Part shown: piece by piece, positions 35,101 through 47,654 of the stretch
Position numbering within the stretch: the first letter of the stretch is position 1
Layout: the number at the start of each line of letters is the position of its first letter
From: Oscarella lobularis
Lineage: Eukaryota
DNA: 64,000 nucleotides
Direction of reading: 5' to 3'
NCBI RefSeq assembly: GCF_947507565.1
Contig: NC_089177.1
Location: 426,648-490,647, forward strand
Translations under genes and position numbers: made by a program
The notes under the pieces: model-generated
Told to the model about the DNA's origin: nothing
The model's input: the letters and a program-made list of their open reading frames with translations, nothing else
Databases searched by the model: none

Positions 35101-37460
35101 TCTTTTGACTGACTGGGGGCGAGGATTGATAAGACGCGATTTTTTTAGGAGCTGAGGAACCATCCTCGACCAAGACGACGTCACGTCGACTTGCCTGAAT
35201 CCTACTGGAATCAAAAGTACGCTCACTTCACGTCATGTCTAAGAAATCATTTCTTTTGCTGCAGCTTTACACCTGAGGAAGTCTTCAGAAGAATTGAGCA
35301 GAATATGGTACAGTAGTAGAAAAAATAACCCGGAAATTGAAGAATACTTTTCTGTTTTGCTAGGATGATAGTCACGATATGGTCAACAAATTCCATGTCG
35401 TTCAGAAGCACATTATTCTTGATGACATACCAGGTTCTCCTTGATTTAATGTATTTTTATGCCCAGATTTTATGTTGTGTTAGGACTGCTTAGTGTATTT
35501 GAAGACTGGTTGACGCAGAATTCTGCGTCCGCGTACATGCTACGCTTTATGGTGAAACCGTTTCCTCGTTTGCTTTAATTAATTCGTGCCAAGCTCTATG
35601 TATTATAGACTCATTTGGTACTCTTTCTTCGGGTCATGCAAGCGGATTTTGGGGTGAGTAATAGCAAAGCCCGTGTACGGTGTGGCAAAACGTTTCCTGC
35701 AGGATGAGCTGATTGTGTCGGATATAATCAGGCACTATATCAAGGTACGATAAAGTACTACTTGCTCACTGCACCTTCTATATTGGATTACCTTCAGAGC
35801 TTGATCAGTGAAAAGCATTCGACTTTGGTGAATAAAGAGTGCTCGAGTGCCTAGATGTTATAGACTTCGTTTTCATAGGTGGCAACCTACACTACTCATT
35901 TGCGACCGGAATATCAGACTGAAGTTTACGCGGAACTTCTTCAAAGTCAGTCTAAAGTTGTCCTGATTTGCGCCGGTGATGACTTTCTGCAGGTATCATG
36001 GACAGCGAAGAAAAGCAGACCTGCTTGAAGTTAGCTGGCACCGCTGGTAACCTTATTGTGCACAGAACATCTATTACGCACTCTTGAGTGCTTTTTCTCG
36101 TCTACAGGACTTGACGTCTCTGAGATAACAAAAGCCGTTGTCGAAAACGTTCACCGCATGGCCGAGGATACCTTTACCATGGACGCGACATTTACTCCCG
36201 GCGTCGATGCATCGAACTTATCAGAGGTCTGTTGTAGACTAAACGCGATTTTTGATGTGTTTTTACGTCTGCTTTTTGCGTAGAATGACAAGAAGAAAAT
36301 TGGAGCTATAGATTGGCTTGTCTTCGAACCACGGCAGCGAGCCGAAGCGTTGAAGCAAGCCAACTCGTTGATGCGCTACTTCTTGGCTGTTGGTAAATTG
36401 ATGGCAGTCAGGGAAGTGCTGCTGAAGATTCCGCGCGATTCGATAGCTCTAATACACGACGATTGGAATAAGAGGGCGAGTAGCACCGTTCAAAAATTAG
36501 ACGTCGTAGAAAACAGTTGTGTATAGGCTGGTGGACTTCCTTTGGAAAGCCAAACGGCAAATGCTATCAAAGAGTACTTGAGCATCAAAGCATACGCAGT
36601 AAAAAGAAATCCGAAGCTTTTTTTCTGAGCTGCACTGCTCTGTTTCTCAGGATGCCTATGACGCCTTTGATGAGTGGAACCATCACCTGTATCGGGAGAA
36701 ACCCGTAAGTACCGTACTCGTTGGCCCAGTGAACCGAAAATATTTTTATGTCAGCTTAAGCCTGCTTTGGTGAACAAGATGGGCTCTTTTCACGAAGGAG
36801 TCGTTCTCGAGCAGCAAATGAAGAAATATGCTGTACGTAATACAGTGTTACAACTATCGTATAATAGATTGTGTGCATACAGGGAGATTATGAAGTCTGG
36901 AGTTCTGTTCAGGCCACTCTTACTAGAGTACGTATTCTTTCCTAGAGTCCAGATTTTGTATCTTTTTCACCTAGACTACCGCTGACAAGATTTACAACGT
37001 TCTCATGTTTGTCAACGGCGGTTGGCTCGTTGATGAAATTGAAGACGAGGTACAGTATGAGCGTGACGTGTAGCAGATCAATAGAATTGCTGGGGTAGTC
37101 AAATCCAATGCGGAGCCAACAAATGCGCGAGTTGAGAAAGCTGTGTCTTCCCGGCTTGACCGACTTGTTGCACAAAGTTCTGCACGAGAGCGAAATGTAC
37201 CAAGAAGTGAGACTAAATACTATGTCTGTCACGCCCTTCAGGGATGTTTTTCTCTACTAAGGCCATGCAGATCGCTGACATTGTTGCGTCGCAGAAATAT
37301 GAGCTTTTGGAGGTGAGTCTGCCGACTCAGTGGCTTTGCTAACGTAACGACATCCCGTGTAGGTATTCACAAAGGATGAGCAAGAAAAGCTGTTGCAGTT
37401 GATCCGAAAATCCGGTATTCAACTGCTTCTACAGAAGGCGCAAACTATAGACTCTAAATG
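32161..37460 (+). CDS. NUP107: NUP107 nucleoporin with many small exons. The 5' part is assigned with less certainty.
   Basis: [14 protein letters not shown] (near 33790) matches human [69 protein letters not shown] (36290-36460) matches human [71 protein letters not shown] is present. [23 protein letters not shown] is present. The C-terminus reads [46 protein letters not shown] with a stop at 37458-37460. A putative exon 1 reads [26 protein letters not shown] with donor gtaacc at about 32240. Confidence 0.65.
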
Positions 37461-37699
37461 AATCTCATAGTGTAGTTGAACTGATAATTAAGATCAGTTG
37501 GATGCTAATTAGAAAGGCTAACTGCACACTGTCTCTCTCTCCCTCTCTACAATTTCTAGAAGCCAAGTTCTGCTAGCAAACTTGATACTTGCTTCCAGTA
37601 GACTTTAGGTCCTTCAATGACAACAGATGACGTCGTTTCATTGATTTGCACTCTTGCCTTTTCAGGAAGTCTTTCCTGCACCAAGTCAGCCAACTTCTA

Positions 37700-38130
37700 A
37701 AAGATTACCAGTCACAACAACGAGTGTCAATCAATCGGCTACCCACCCCCAGATTTCCTTCGACTTTCCGAACGACGGTTATCTTTATGCTTCGTCCGTG
37801 TCGATACTCTGTATATACAGGCAAATTATTGAACTTTGAGCGGCGAACAAAGAAACCCAGATTAGCACCACTGCCGTCGCCTCCTACTCGCAAAGATCAT
37901 CATGAGAAGCAAATTTCTTGCACTATAGATTTACCCTCTGGCGGCATTCGCTCTCTGACCGTTTCCACGCCATCGGATATCAATCGAATTCCTCGGATAG
38001 CAACTGGATGCCATTTTGCCCCAGCAGCCAACAATTTTACCAAAGCCATCGTCGTAAATTTACCGTGCAAACACGCTCTGTTCGCATGAAAAGTCAAAAA
38101 AAGGCAGAGAAAGCCGTATTTCGTCAAAAC
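37700..38130 (-). CDS. Possible small 2-exon gene of unidentified family. The alternative is the 147-aa + strand ORF.
   Basis: Minus-strand ORFs 37900..38127 (MALVKLLAAGAKWHPVAIRGIRLISDGVETVRERMPPEGKSIVQE) and 37705..37893 (GANLGFFVRRSKFNNLPVYTEYRHGRSIKITVVRKVEGNLGVG) look more protein-like than the overlapping + ORF 37646..38089. Confidence 0.2.
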
Positions 38131-38261
38131 CTGGCGTGCGTTAGGTTCGACGTTCGAGAATGCAAAGTACCCTTTTCCTCTCGTTTCTAAGTATTGCAGT
38201 CAGACTAGCTGTTTTCTAAGAGTCTCTTTCATCGCTTCAAAGCGACCAAGCAGCGAAAGAG

Positions 38262-41200
38262 ATGTCGACAGAGTGGAGCGTACGCGAACGGCTTATTCTC
38301 GCCTCGTCCGTTCTCAATAGCGGCGATCAGAACTGGTAGGAGTCGACCTCAGTACATTCTGCCAAGTCTTCTCACTCTGCGCGCTCTCAACAGGGTCTCA
38401 GTCAGCAGAGCCGTAAAACCTTTGCTGGAACAGACGCGTCCATCTGAAGACTTTTCGCAGAAGGTGCAGGAATTTCGTGCCTGCAGAATTAATACAGTAC
38501 TCGCTTAATTCTAGAATTGCGCGATACAGTACTCGGAGATGCTAGAAAAAGTGGGCACATCGAAGTAGGATTTAAACTCGTAAACCGCGCACCATTTTTA
38601 TTCGAATCCTCGCTGTAGGAGAAAGAGAAGCACTGATATGGGAATGGGAGGTTAGTTGATTGCTACATAATGTAGTGGTGATCAGAGTTTGATTTTCTTG
38701 GCAGGGGAGACTCCTGGAGAGCAGATAGTACGCAAATTGACGTATGAGCGCATAGACGAGCTAAAGAAGTCAATCAAAGCTCAACACGCATTATACAAGT
38801 GAGTTGACGACTTCTACGTATTGCCACTGGTAGCACGTCTTTGTTTATAGGAAACTCAAGCAGGAAGTCAAATTGATTGCAGAAGGTAAGATGGATGACT
38901 CATTGGAGCAGATGTGGCAAGAAATTCAGGCGTGAGTCGTTGAAACGTTGGACCCCTTCTAAAAAATAAATTACTTTTTGTGGACGAAAAGGGAGAAAGC
39001 TGCCGCTGCAGAAAAGGACGGTGAAACACAGCGGATCGAAACTGAGCCAACGGCGACAGAAAAGATTGTAGTAGGTGAAACGACGACATCAGATTCGAGT
39101 TCTAGTGAAAAGAAAAATGACGAAAGCGGTTCCGTGTTGACTGCCGAGAAAGAGTCGGGTGTGATTGAGAAAGATGCTCAGGAGAAAGTTGTGGTTATGG
39201 AAGTGGAAAGAAATGAAGATCCAAAGAAGGGTACTAGCGATGAAGAGACGGAAATGGTTGAAGTGGAGACGGTTGAGGAAGAGAAAAAAACTGAAGTCGA
39301 AGAGACTGGTGCAAGAGAGGAGAAACAAGATGACGAGACCCCAATGGAGGTCGATGAGAAAGTAGACGTTGAAAGCGTTAAAACTAAAGAGGATCTCGAT
39401 GAAAAGAGCGCACCTGGTATTGATGATGTGGAAATGGGAGAGAAAGAGAAGGAGGAGGAACGTGAGGAGAAAAACGAGGCAGGCGTGGAAAGAGCAGAAG
39501 CGATTAATAAGGAAGACGAAGAACAAGAGACAGACAAAGATAATAAGCATGAACCGCAGCCACAATCAGAAGAAAAGGAAGAAGAAAAAGATGAGAAAGA
39601 AGACGTTGAGGTCAAAGACGTTGACATTGAGGCGAAGGCAACGACTGACAAAAGCGAGGACGAGCTAAAAAGCGAGAATGGTGACGACAACGAGACAAAA
39701 TGCAATAAAGTAGACGACGAAGGCGATAACAATGACGATGATCGCCAAAAGGATGATATCGAGCCGGACGATGCGAGCAAAGCGGAAATAACGGAGTCCA
39801 AAGTCAAAGAGGCTGCACCAGCGGAAAGCGAAGAAAAACAGGAGGAAGAAAAAGTAGAAATGGACGAAGAAGATGGCAAAGAAGACAAAATTTCGAGTGT
39901 TGAGGACCAACGCAAATCTGAGGAACCAACGGTGTCTCCGCCAGCTCAAGAGAAGGAAGAGCCGCTCAAAGAAGAAAAGACGACAGAAAAAGATGACGAA
40001 GAGGAAGAGAAAAAAGAAGAGATGGAAGAGGAGGAGGACGAGAAGAAGGGTGCTAACGATGATAATAATATGGCAGACGAGAGTAGCGACATTCCGGCTG
40101 AGCCATCCTCGCCTGTCAAATCTGTTTCACCGACTTCCCATCGATCCTCCAAGGTGCGCTACCTTGTTCCCGTGATATCCCCAATAAAGAGCCCCGAAGC
40201 GACTAAAGCTGATGTCACCAAAACGACTTCAGAAGCGGTGCCGGTTAAAGAAGAGAAACGGGAGGAGGACAGCGCTGCGGCTGGAACCAAAGAGATCAAA
40301 TCTTCCGGGGACGAAATCGTCTCTCCGGCGGCGCCACCGCCGACGGTCACTCCAGCTCGAGGAGGACGAGGAAAGGCGAGCAGGAGACGATCGTCTGAAA
40401 GAGAAGTCGGGTACGGAAGCGTTGAAAGAAAGGCGGTAGTAACTCGATCTGGAAGAAAAATCAAAGGCAGGGGGGAAGATGCTTAGTTTTGAAATATAGA
40501 GTTTAGTGTCTGTATTAGCGTCGGCAAAGGCTTCTGGTATGTATGGAACGACAGTGAGGTCTTATCGAAGTCGACGACGAAGTCAGCGGGAGTCAGAAGA
40601 GAAAGCCGAGGAGGTGCGTGAGGCGGTGGATGTGTTGGGCGCTAAAATTGTCCCTTTGAGTGCAGGTGGAAACCGCTACGACGTCGAAACGAGAAGATCC
40701 GGACGAGGAGGAGGACGAAGAGGACGAAGAGGAGGGCGATGACGAGCAAGGGAAAGACGGGGGCGAGGGCGAAGGAAACGCGGAGGACGAGGAAGTAGAC
40801 GTCAAGGATTCTGACGTTGAAAGTCCTCTCGTCGAAGTGGAGAAGAGGGACGTTGCCGATGAGGCGTCGCCGCGGGTGACGTCGGCCGGCTCTAGCACCC
40901 CGTCGTCTCCTCCAATCGGGTAAAACGAAGGGTTGTGAGATTGATGTGTTTGTTTGTTTGTTACGATATCGATGTAGAGATTTTGATCAGAAAGCTTGGC
41001 GAAAGACGATTATGGTCGTTTGGAAGAAAATAGCTGAGCATCGGTAAATTTAAGATTTAATAGTTAAATAATTAAATGTGGCGAATTTAGGAACGCTAAC
41101 CTATTTCTTCGTTCCGTGTCCGAAAAGGAAGCACCGGGCTATTATGACGTCGTTTGCCGGCCGATGGATTTAGCGACAATTAAGAATCGGGTGGATAAAG

Positions 41201-41750
41201 GAGTGAGTTTACTTGCTGTGCCGTGTCATCTGTCCGCAACCTTATGTCTTTGTACAGCTAATCAAGACAACAGAGGACTTCCAACGGGACGTTCTGCTCA
41301 TGTTTCAGAACGCGTTGATGTACAACAGTAGTGATCATGACGTGTAAGAATACAGTTGCTAATAACGCTATAATATAAAGACATTTTTTATTCTTAGATA
41401 TCAAATGACGCAAGAAATGCGTTCCGATTACGTTGAATTTATGGACGTACGTTTTAATTAATTTTGCGGTCAAATTTTGAGCTTTTTTTGTAGTCTCATC
41501 TGTCTTTGCAACTCAAGTGGACACAGCGAAGCGCAAAGGACGAGTTTGCCTCTGCCATATCTGTTCGCCAAGTGAGTGATTCTTATAGTATCTATCATCT
41601 TGCGCTTGCAAATGAGAGGTTTTGCCTTCTGGCAGGGAAGTGGCGGTGGTGAAGAAACTGAGCTTGGGAGTCGTCGAGGAAGTCGCCACGACGTAACAGC
41701 AGATCAACCTCCAGCAAAGAAGAGAAAAACGCGCGGTGACGACAGCTGAG
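38262..41750 (+). CDS. BRD8: BRD8-like bromodomain protein (NuA4/TIP60 subunit) with a roughly 450-aa hyper-acidic E/D/K low-complexity exon and a basic RGG/NLS C-terminus
   Basis: The N-terminus MSTEWSVRERLILASSVLNSGDQNWVSVSRAVKPL matches human BRD8 EPWSIREKLCLASSVMRSGDQNWVSVSRAIKPF. The large exon 38978..40486 is E/K/D-rich (EKEEEKDEKEDVEVKDVDIEAKATTDK...). The bromodomain is split by an intron: EAPGYYDVVCRPMDLATIKNRVDKG then LIKTTEDFQRDVLLMFQNALMYNSSDHDV, against human APGYHSIVQRPMDLSTIKKNIENGLIRSTAEFQRDIMLMFQNAVMYNSSDHDV. The tail carries ARGGRGKASRRRSS and ends ...PAKKRKTRGDDS followed by a stop. Confidence 0.8.
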
Positions 41751-41879
41751 TAGATATATACATATATATATCTTGGTTACGTATGCGCATGACGTCGATG
41801 CATGACGTCAATGTAACAGTGTGCGCGTGCGCATTAGCTGTTATCACACCGCGCTCTGGTTTAAATTCGACCCTCATTC

Positions 41880-44238
41880 ATGGAAAGCCCGTTTATCGTC
41901 TCAAGCGAGAACGATTGTGGAACCCAGCAGTCTCAATCCAAATCGTCGAGGCAGACGTTCGTAGATCTGCTCAACGACCCGATTCCCGACTCGGTGACGC
42001 ACGCTAGCCTAAAACCGACGTCGATCTTGAAGCCGTCGCACCGCGACAATCGTTCGGCGCCTATCAGACGAAAGGTATCTCATCGCGTCGACGCGTCCGC
42101 CGATTGACTCGTAAATCGGGGGCTCCCGCGCAGCTTCGCGTCGTAACTTTCCGAGGCGAAAACGACGATTCGTCGAGCGATCAACGCTGGAACTCCATTC
42201 GCGATCTCGACGAGGTCGAAAAGTGGAGCGAGCGAACGAGCGTCGTCACAAAAGCCGATCATCTCGTTCATTTTGATTACGGCAAGGTAATGTTGACAGT
42301 TTCTCAAAGGGGGGCCCCAGTCCGCGTCCCTCGAGCTCTGATTTTTCTATAGGAGCTGGTTGACGAACTTATCAACAGTTTATCCTGTTTTGGGTATGCA
42401 GTTTATCATAGTTACACTGTACCCTGAAAACGTTCACTTGTGTGCGCTGTAGGAAGGAGAATTGCAAGGAGGTGATGGATCAAGACGAATTTAGGCCTGC
42501 TTCAGAAGGTAAATTTCACCCTCTCATTTCATACAACTAATCTAGTTAGTTGACTTCTTAGTTCTGGGTGGTACTGAGCTGGAGTTTCTTGAGAAGCTTG
42601 AGTCCAATTCAGACGCCAATGCGGTAGGTGCTTCTATTAGAAATTTACTTATTATTGATTCTTATTTTAATTTGTAGAGAGACATTGCCTTGGCTCGACA
42701 ATCACTTTTTGTGAAATTCGATCCTCTAGTAAAAGGTGCTTCAATGGCGAGAGCAGGTGAAAAAACCCAGAAATTCTTTTAACCACTGTAAACAGACTGT
42801 AAGCAGATTGTCTTCCTATGCCAGTTCGGCCTGAAAGCGAGGGAAATCTACTTGTATTGGATACACCTGAAAAAATTGCTAAAAAAAGATCAACCAAAGC
42901 TCCTTCGCCTTCTGCACCTGATATTCCATCCGCAGTTCCTCCACGCCTGCAGGAAAATTTGATGGGATCTGCTAGTCCGGTCTTAGCTTCGGTACCGGTT
43001 CCACAACCAAGCAAGAATGTTCAATCTCCTAAGGGCATTGATCGTCTTCTATTTCAACGTTTGGAAGACGGAGCTGTGGCACAGGAGGATCACGTAGGGA
43101 TGGAGGATGGAAAGGAGGAGCCAGTCGGCGCCAGCGAACTGATTGACGTACGAAAGAGGGTCTCAATACTTGGGATTTTGATTATGGTGCGTATAGGTTT
43201 TGATGTATACAAGAAATGATTTAGAGAGAAGGGTCGAGGAAGCCGTCAAAGAGGCCATTGAAGAAATGAAGAAAAAGGTACAAGAACAATCACGGCTTTT
43301 GATTCATGGGTACATACACGTATTTATTTTGTACAGCATCTCGCCGACAAAGACCAGTTGCAAAAGGAGATTGACACGTTGAACGAAGAACGTCTTAAGC
43401 TCGGCAAGGAGCTGGAGAAAACCAAAGACTTCAACGAGTGTAGGTGCGTGAGATTACTCGTAATTGTCTCTCAAAACTACGTCCTATACTTTTAGAAAAG
43501 CCCTTTCTAAGTACAAGAAAACTGTGACAGAATTCACAAGTAACCCCTCGACCAGTAGTAGTACGCCGTTGGCGAGGGAATCTTCTGCTTGTAGAACTAC
43601 AGGAGAAGAACGTAAAGGCTCTCGTGACTGCCAAGGAGACACAGGAGAGTTCCAAGGCCGAGTTTGATTCCGTTGAGACGTCCTTCTCTGATTTGCACAA
43701 GAGATACGAGCGTGTGAAGGCACTACACGAAGACTCTGTCAAGGTAAAGAATAGAGGACCCTGGCCTTCTGTTTGAGAGTACTGGAAACATTTTAGGACG
43801 GAGACGAGATGAGGAGCATATTGACTGACTACAAGGACAGGTTGAGCAAATCTGAACAAAAGTACAGGACCATCAAAGCGCAGGCCGAAGAAAAACTTGC
43901 AAGGTGACCAATCTAAAAAAAAACCCAATCAAAGCGCAGGGTAGCCTCTCCTGATCAGAGGCATCTCTCTCACATCCCCTATTCTTCTCCAGCTGTTCTG
44001 CTGAAGTAGAACGCGTTCAGAAGGCCAAGGATTCGGAGATGGCCTTCTTACAGACTCACTTGAAGAAGGAACAGCTGAAAATCGCTCGCCTCGAAAAGGA
44101 TCTCTTATCAAAAGTGCACCGTCATCGTCATCACATAGAATAGAAAGCTGACAGGTGCGCTTTAGGATCAAGAAATGAAAGAAATGAGTTCTATTTGCGA
44201 CGAGCTGATGAAGCAGCTAGGAGAGAGACAAGGGTGAG
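41880..44238 (+). CDS. TACC: TACC (transforming acidic coiled-coil) family protein, multi-exon
   Basis: The C-terminal TACC domain reads SFSDLHKRYERVKALHEDSVK against human SFSDLFKRFEKQKE, then DYKDRLSKSEQKYRTIKAQAEEKLA and AFLQTHLKKEQLKIARLEKDLLSK, ending ...MKQLGERQG with stop TGA near 44236. The N-terminal region is Ser/Pro-rich (41880..43200). Confidence 0.7.
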
Positions 44239-44364
44239 TGATTTCCCTCGCGCAGTCTCATGAACAGGATGCAACACAGAATTTTTTTTTCTGTACCACG
44301 CGCATTGGCTTGTGTTCAATACCGGTAATTTATGTTGTTCAATAGCACTGTAGTGAAATCATTG

Positions 44365-45990
44365 CTAGAGCCCTTTGTTGTAGTAGAGGAATTCTTCAGA
44401 ACTTTTCTCCTGTAGCTCCTTTTCCAAAGCCAGTCTTTTGATCTAAAGTTAGTGTGAGAAGTAGGTTGAAGTAGAGGGCTCAATGTACCTGCCCCTCTTG
44501 AGGGAATAGACTTATAGCAAGAGGAAGAGCAAACGCAAATGCGGTCGTAACGGTCAGCACTTGGAAAGGTAGATTGAGTCGAGGATTGTTTTTCAGTAGT
44601 CTCGTTCTAAGAACAGCAGCATAGCGCACAGCGCACACCCACCCACCTACAACCGACCTTTCCAAAACAGTCATTGCAATAGGCGGAAGCACTAGAATAG
44701 GCAGCGGGAGGAAAGCTCGAGTTAAGGCTGTCTGATAGATAGCCTAAACAAGGGAATAGATAGATAGATAGGTTGAAGAGATACGCAGTTCCCTTGCCTC
44801 TTTGGCGGCGACTTTTGACACGCCTACAACTTGCTTGTCCTTGTCGTACACTTCAATTCCAGTCCCAGCTTCGTGCATTCTCATTAGCAGTAGATTGCAA
44901 GTGCTTGCCGTTACTAAATTGATATAATCTATCCCAGAGGATTGTATAGATCTGCTTTCTCTTACCCACGGCTGGAGTAGGAATAAAACGCTGAATGAGG
45001 ATCCTCTGGGTAGGGGGTAGAGTCTTTGCACGATTGACAAGAACGTTCAGCCCCGCCTTAATTAATTAATAGAAAAAATGTGGCTAGGAAGGTTAATTAA
45101 ATAAGATGGGGACTTCGCTTACAGCTATTCCCACTGCACTGGTTACTGCTCCTAGATAGCCTTGTATAAACTTGCTCGTTGGTGTAGGCTTAGTAACGGT
45201 TTTTCATAAGGAGAACTGTGTAGTTCTAGAACATACTTGACTGGCGTTTCTGTTAGCGTAATTGATGCAAGCATTGTGACTCTGATTAATCCACTAGAGA
45301 GACAGACGAAAAATTGCATACGCGGACCTTAAATATTTTGACTTGCCTGCCAGAAAATGATCTTGGCAAGGCTCTGTCCGGGCAAAAGCAGACCAACTAC
45401 CTATAGCAACATTTCTGGTGTAATATTGGTACTGTACATAAACTGTACAATAGGAGATCCAAAAGGCACAAAGCCTGACATTCGAAATGGCATTAAAATC
45501 TTCTCCCCTGTATCCGGATGTATAATAGCCTATTGGCAAGTTTTTTTCCTGAGTTTCTCAGAAGAAAAAAACAATATCAGTTATTACTTGAACTACTTTC
45601 TTAGCGTCCCACAACTAAAAGATGGGAGAACATTAATAAATAACTAATAGGATTCTCTCACGTGTTTACGTTACAGTACCTCTTTGTCTGTTACGGCAGG
45701 CGGTAGAGCCCCTTGTTTGTAGTTTTCTAACAGCGTTTGACATTCCTCCAATCTTTTCTGATACAATAATGATGCAGTAGAACTTCTGAGCATGAAAGGG
45801 CTCACTGTTGATGTGAAGAGCGTCGTGGGATCGACGATATCGAGAAAGTGTCGAAAACGTCCCCAGAACGTTTGCTGCACGACGCTGTGCAATCCGGAAA
45901 GTGCAAAATAAGACGTTTACCTGATCGAAGCGCGACTTATCGAGCGCGAACGGAGGATAGCTGCCCATAGCGTCGACGGAATCACGTGTG
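44365..45990 (-). CDS. SFXN: Sideroflexin (SFXN mitochondrial carrier), multi-exon
   Basis: Exon 1 reads ...[13 protein letters not shown]. Next comes [21 protein letters not shown]...[16 protein letters not shown], which matches human SFXN1 [23 protein letters not shown]...[33 protein letters not shown] matches [35 protein letters not shown] matches VACGLFPQKCEL. The final exon reads [14 protein letters not shown] with a stop, matching EPYVYFNKGL. Confidence 0.75.
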
Positions 45991-46090
45991 TGAGAGTGGA
46001 GACGTGACGACGTCATAGCTGGATACTCATAGAGGTGAGCAAAAGAGGTAAGTAAACAAACAATCAATAAGAGAAATTTTTCAGTCAATT

Positions 46091-47525
46091 TTAGTCCTCG
46101 TCGCCAAACAGTTTTGTCTTCAATACCCTAGCTCTTGATCGTGCTTCGTCCCAACCGACGTAGACAACATTCATGTGACTTTTTCCTTCTCCCGCTATTT
46201 CCATTCGCTCGACACCGTCAAGAATGCGAAAGTTGTCCTTGACAATCAGCTGTCCCGGCTCGAAATCGTGACGCAAAACGAACTGGGTGTCTTCAATGAT
46301 GTCCATGAATTCGTAGTAGGCATCATACCAGTCACAGAGTTGATCTTGAAAATCAACAGCAACGTGCGGAGTTCGCATTCCGTCATTGACACACACTTGC
46401 AAAATATGTCCATCTTCATCTACACTAAAACAAGAAAGTAGAGAAAACACATGCAATATTGATATTGTATTATTTACATTATAGTTGGATGCCATGTCTC
46501 CGTTGCATGTTTGAACTCCGGGCCAGGATCATCTTTGAAATATATAGGCATTTCACTAAGCAATCTAAACGCTTCAGGATTTCTTTTCCGCAGCAATTCA
46601 GCAGCTCGAAAACCGTCACTGAACAGATACGTGCCCCCAGTTACGTTCTCGCGAGCAATGCAGTGAATACCACTTATCTAGAAACGCCAAGTGATCTATG
46701 GTAAAAGCAGGTGCGCAGCGGCTTACCGGTGGAACATATTGATATGAGGGTAAGTGAGTACGAAGTCCTGTTCCATCTCTGGTGCCATGAGCCACGAAAG
46801 ACCGTTTATTCCTAATAAAAAAATTAATTTCAGACGCCCCTCCTCCCTGTGCACGCTACGCGAATGGGTGTGGTTTCTAGACAAAAATTCTCTGCCGCGT
46901 GACCCACGTACCCGTAAGTCGTCGTAAATGGATATCCGGCGGCGACGTTGGCGAACTCCTCGACAAAATCGTCGCTCTCGCCGCAATTGCGCACGATCGC
47001 GAGACCGTGCGTTTCCAAGCTGAGCAGCATGTCCAAGAGCTTCGTCGAATCGTCGCGAATCGTCGCGTAATCGAACGCGGGCAAACGCGCCGCGCTTTTC
47101 GTTTGCGTTGTCCACAGCTCCTTCGTCGTCAAGCGCGCCGTGCAGTCGGTTTCGCCGTCGCAGCGCTCGGCGAGCCACGACGCGGTGTAATTGCTTCGAT
47201 GATCGTCCGACCACGTGATCGTCACCTTCTTCCCGTCGGGCGCAACAATAGCCTCTTTCGCCGTCAGATTCAGATCTACATCGAACGCGGGATTGAATAA
47301 ACGCTGACGCGACGACTTGTCGAACGATTCTGGCTCCGTGCAGTTGTCGCGCAGAAAAAGATAGAGAACGTCGCTCGGCCGACGATCGGAATCTCTCCAA
47401 TGCAGGCGCAAGTCGCGTTCTTTTAGTTCGACGTCGCGTATCGTTGCCGTCGTCGCCATCGAGGCGAGACTGAATCTCGCTAAAGGCTTCAAGTAAGCAG
47501 CACGAAGTCCGCGAAGCAAAGCCAT
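46091..47525 (-). CDS. Gamma-butyrobetaine/trimethyllysine dioxygenase-like (TauD/BBOX family) paralog A, with an Arg-rich putative mitochondrial presequence
   Basis: The N-terminus reads MALLRGLRAAYLKPLARFSLAS. The DUF971-like Zn region reads RLHWRDSDRRPSDVLYLFLRDNCTEPESF. The middle reads LLSLETHGLAIVRNCGESDDFVEEFANVAAGYPFTTTYG. The C-terminal exon 46091..46495 carries the double-stranded beta-helix part, ...VDFQDQLCDWYDAYYEFMDIIED...VVYVGWDEARSRARV, resembling the TMLHE/BBOX1 C-terminus. Confidence 0.6.
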
Positions 47526-47654
47526 GTAAGAGAGAGAAAACCTACGGCGAACAGAGTAAGCAAAGCCGGATCTCGTGAGACTCCGTGCGCTACTGAAACT
47601 GAAAGACAACTTCACCGCGCATGTCTATATGCGTCGAAGATTAGCGTTAATTAA

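Noticed and set aside
37646-38089. 147-aa + strand ORF
   Set aside because: Its sequence looks non-protein-like. The overlapping minus-strand frames look more like a real small gene. Neither is supported by homology, so it is reported only at low confidence.
39089-40175. Several long ORFs on both strands (39089..39565-, 39178..39915-, 39665..39949-, 39369..39668+, 39873..40175+)
   Set aside because: They are mirror and alternate-frame artefacts of the GAA/GAG/AAG-rich low-complexity BRD8 acidic exon. Only the 38978..40486 + frame continues the BRD8 homology.
46899-47300. 133-aa + ORF
   Set aside because: It is antisense to BBOX/TMLH-like paralog A coding sequence.
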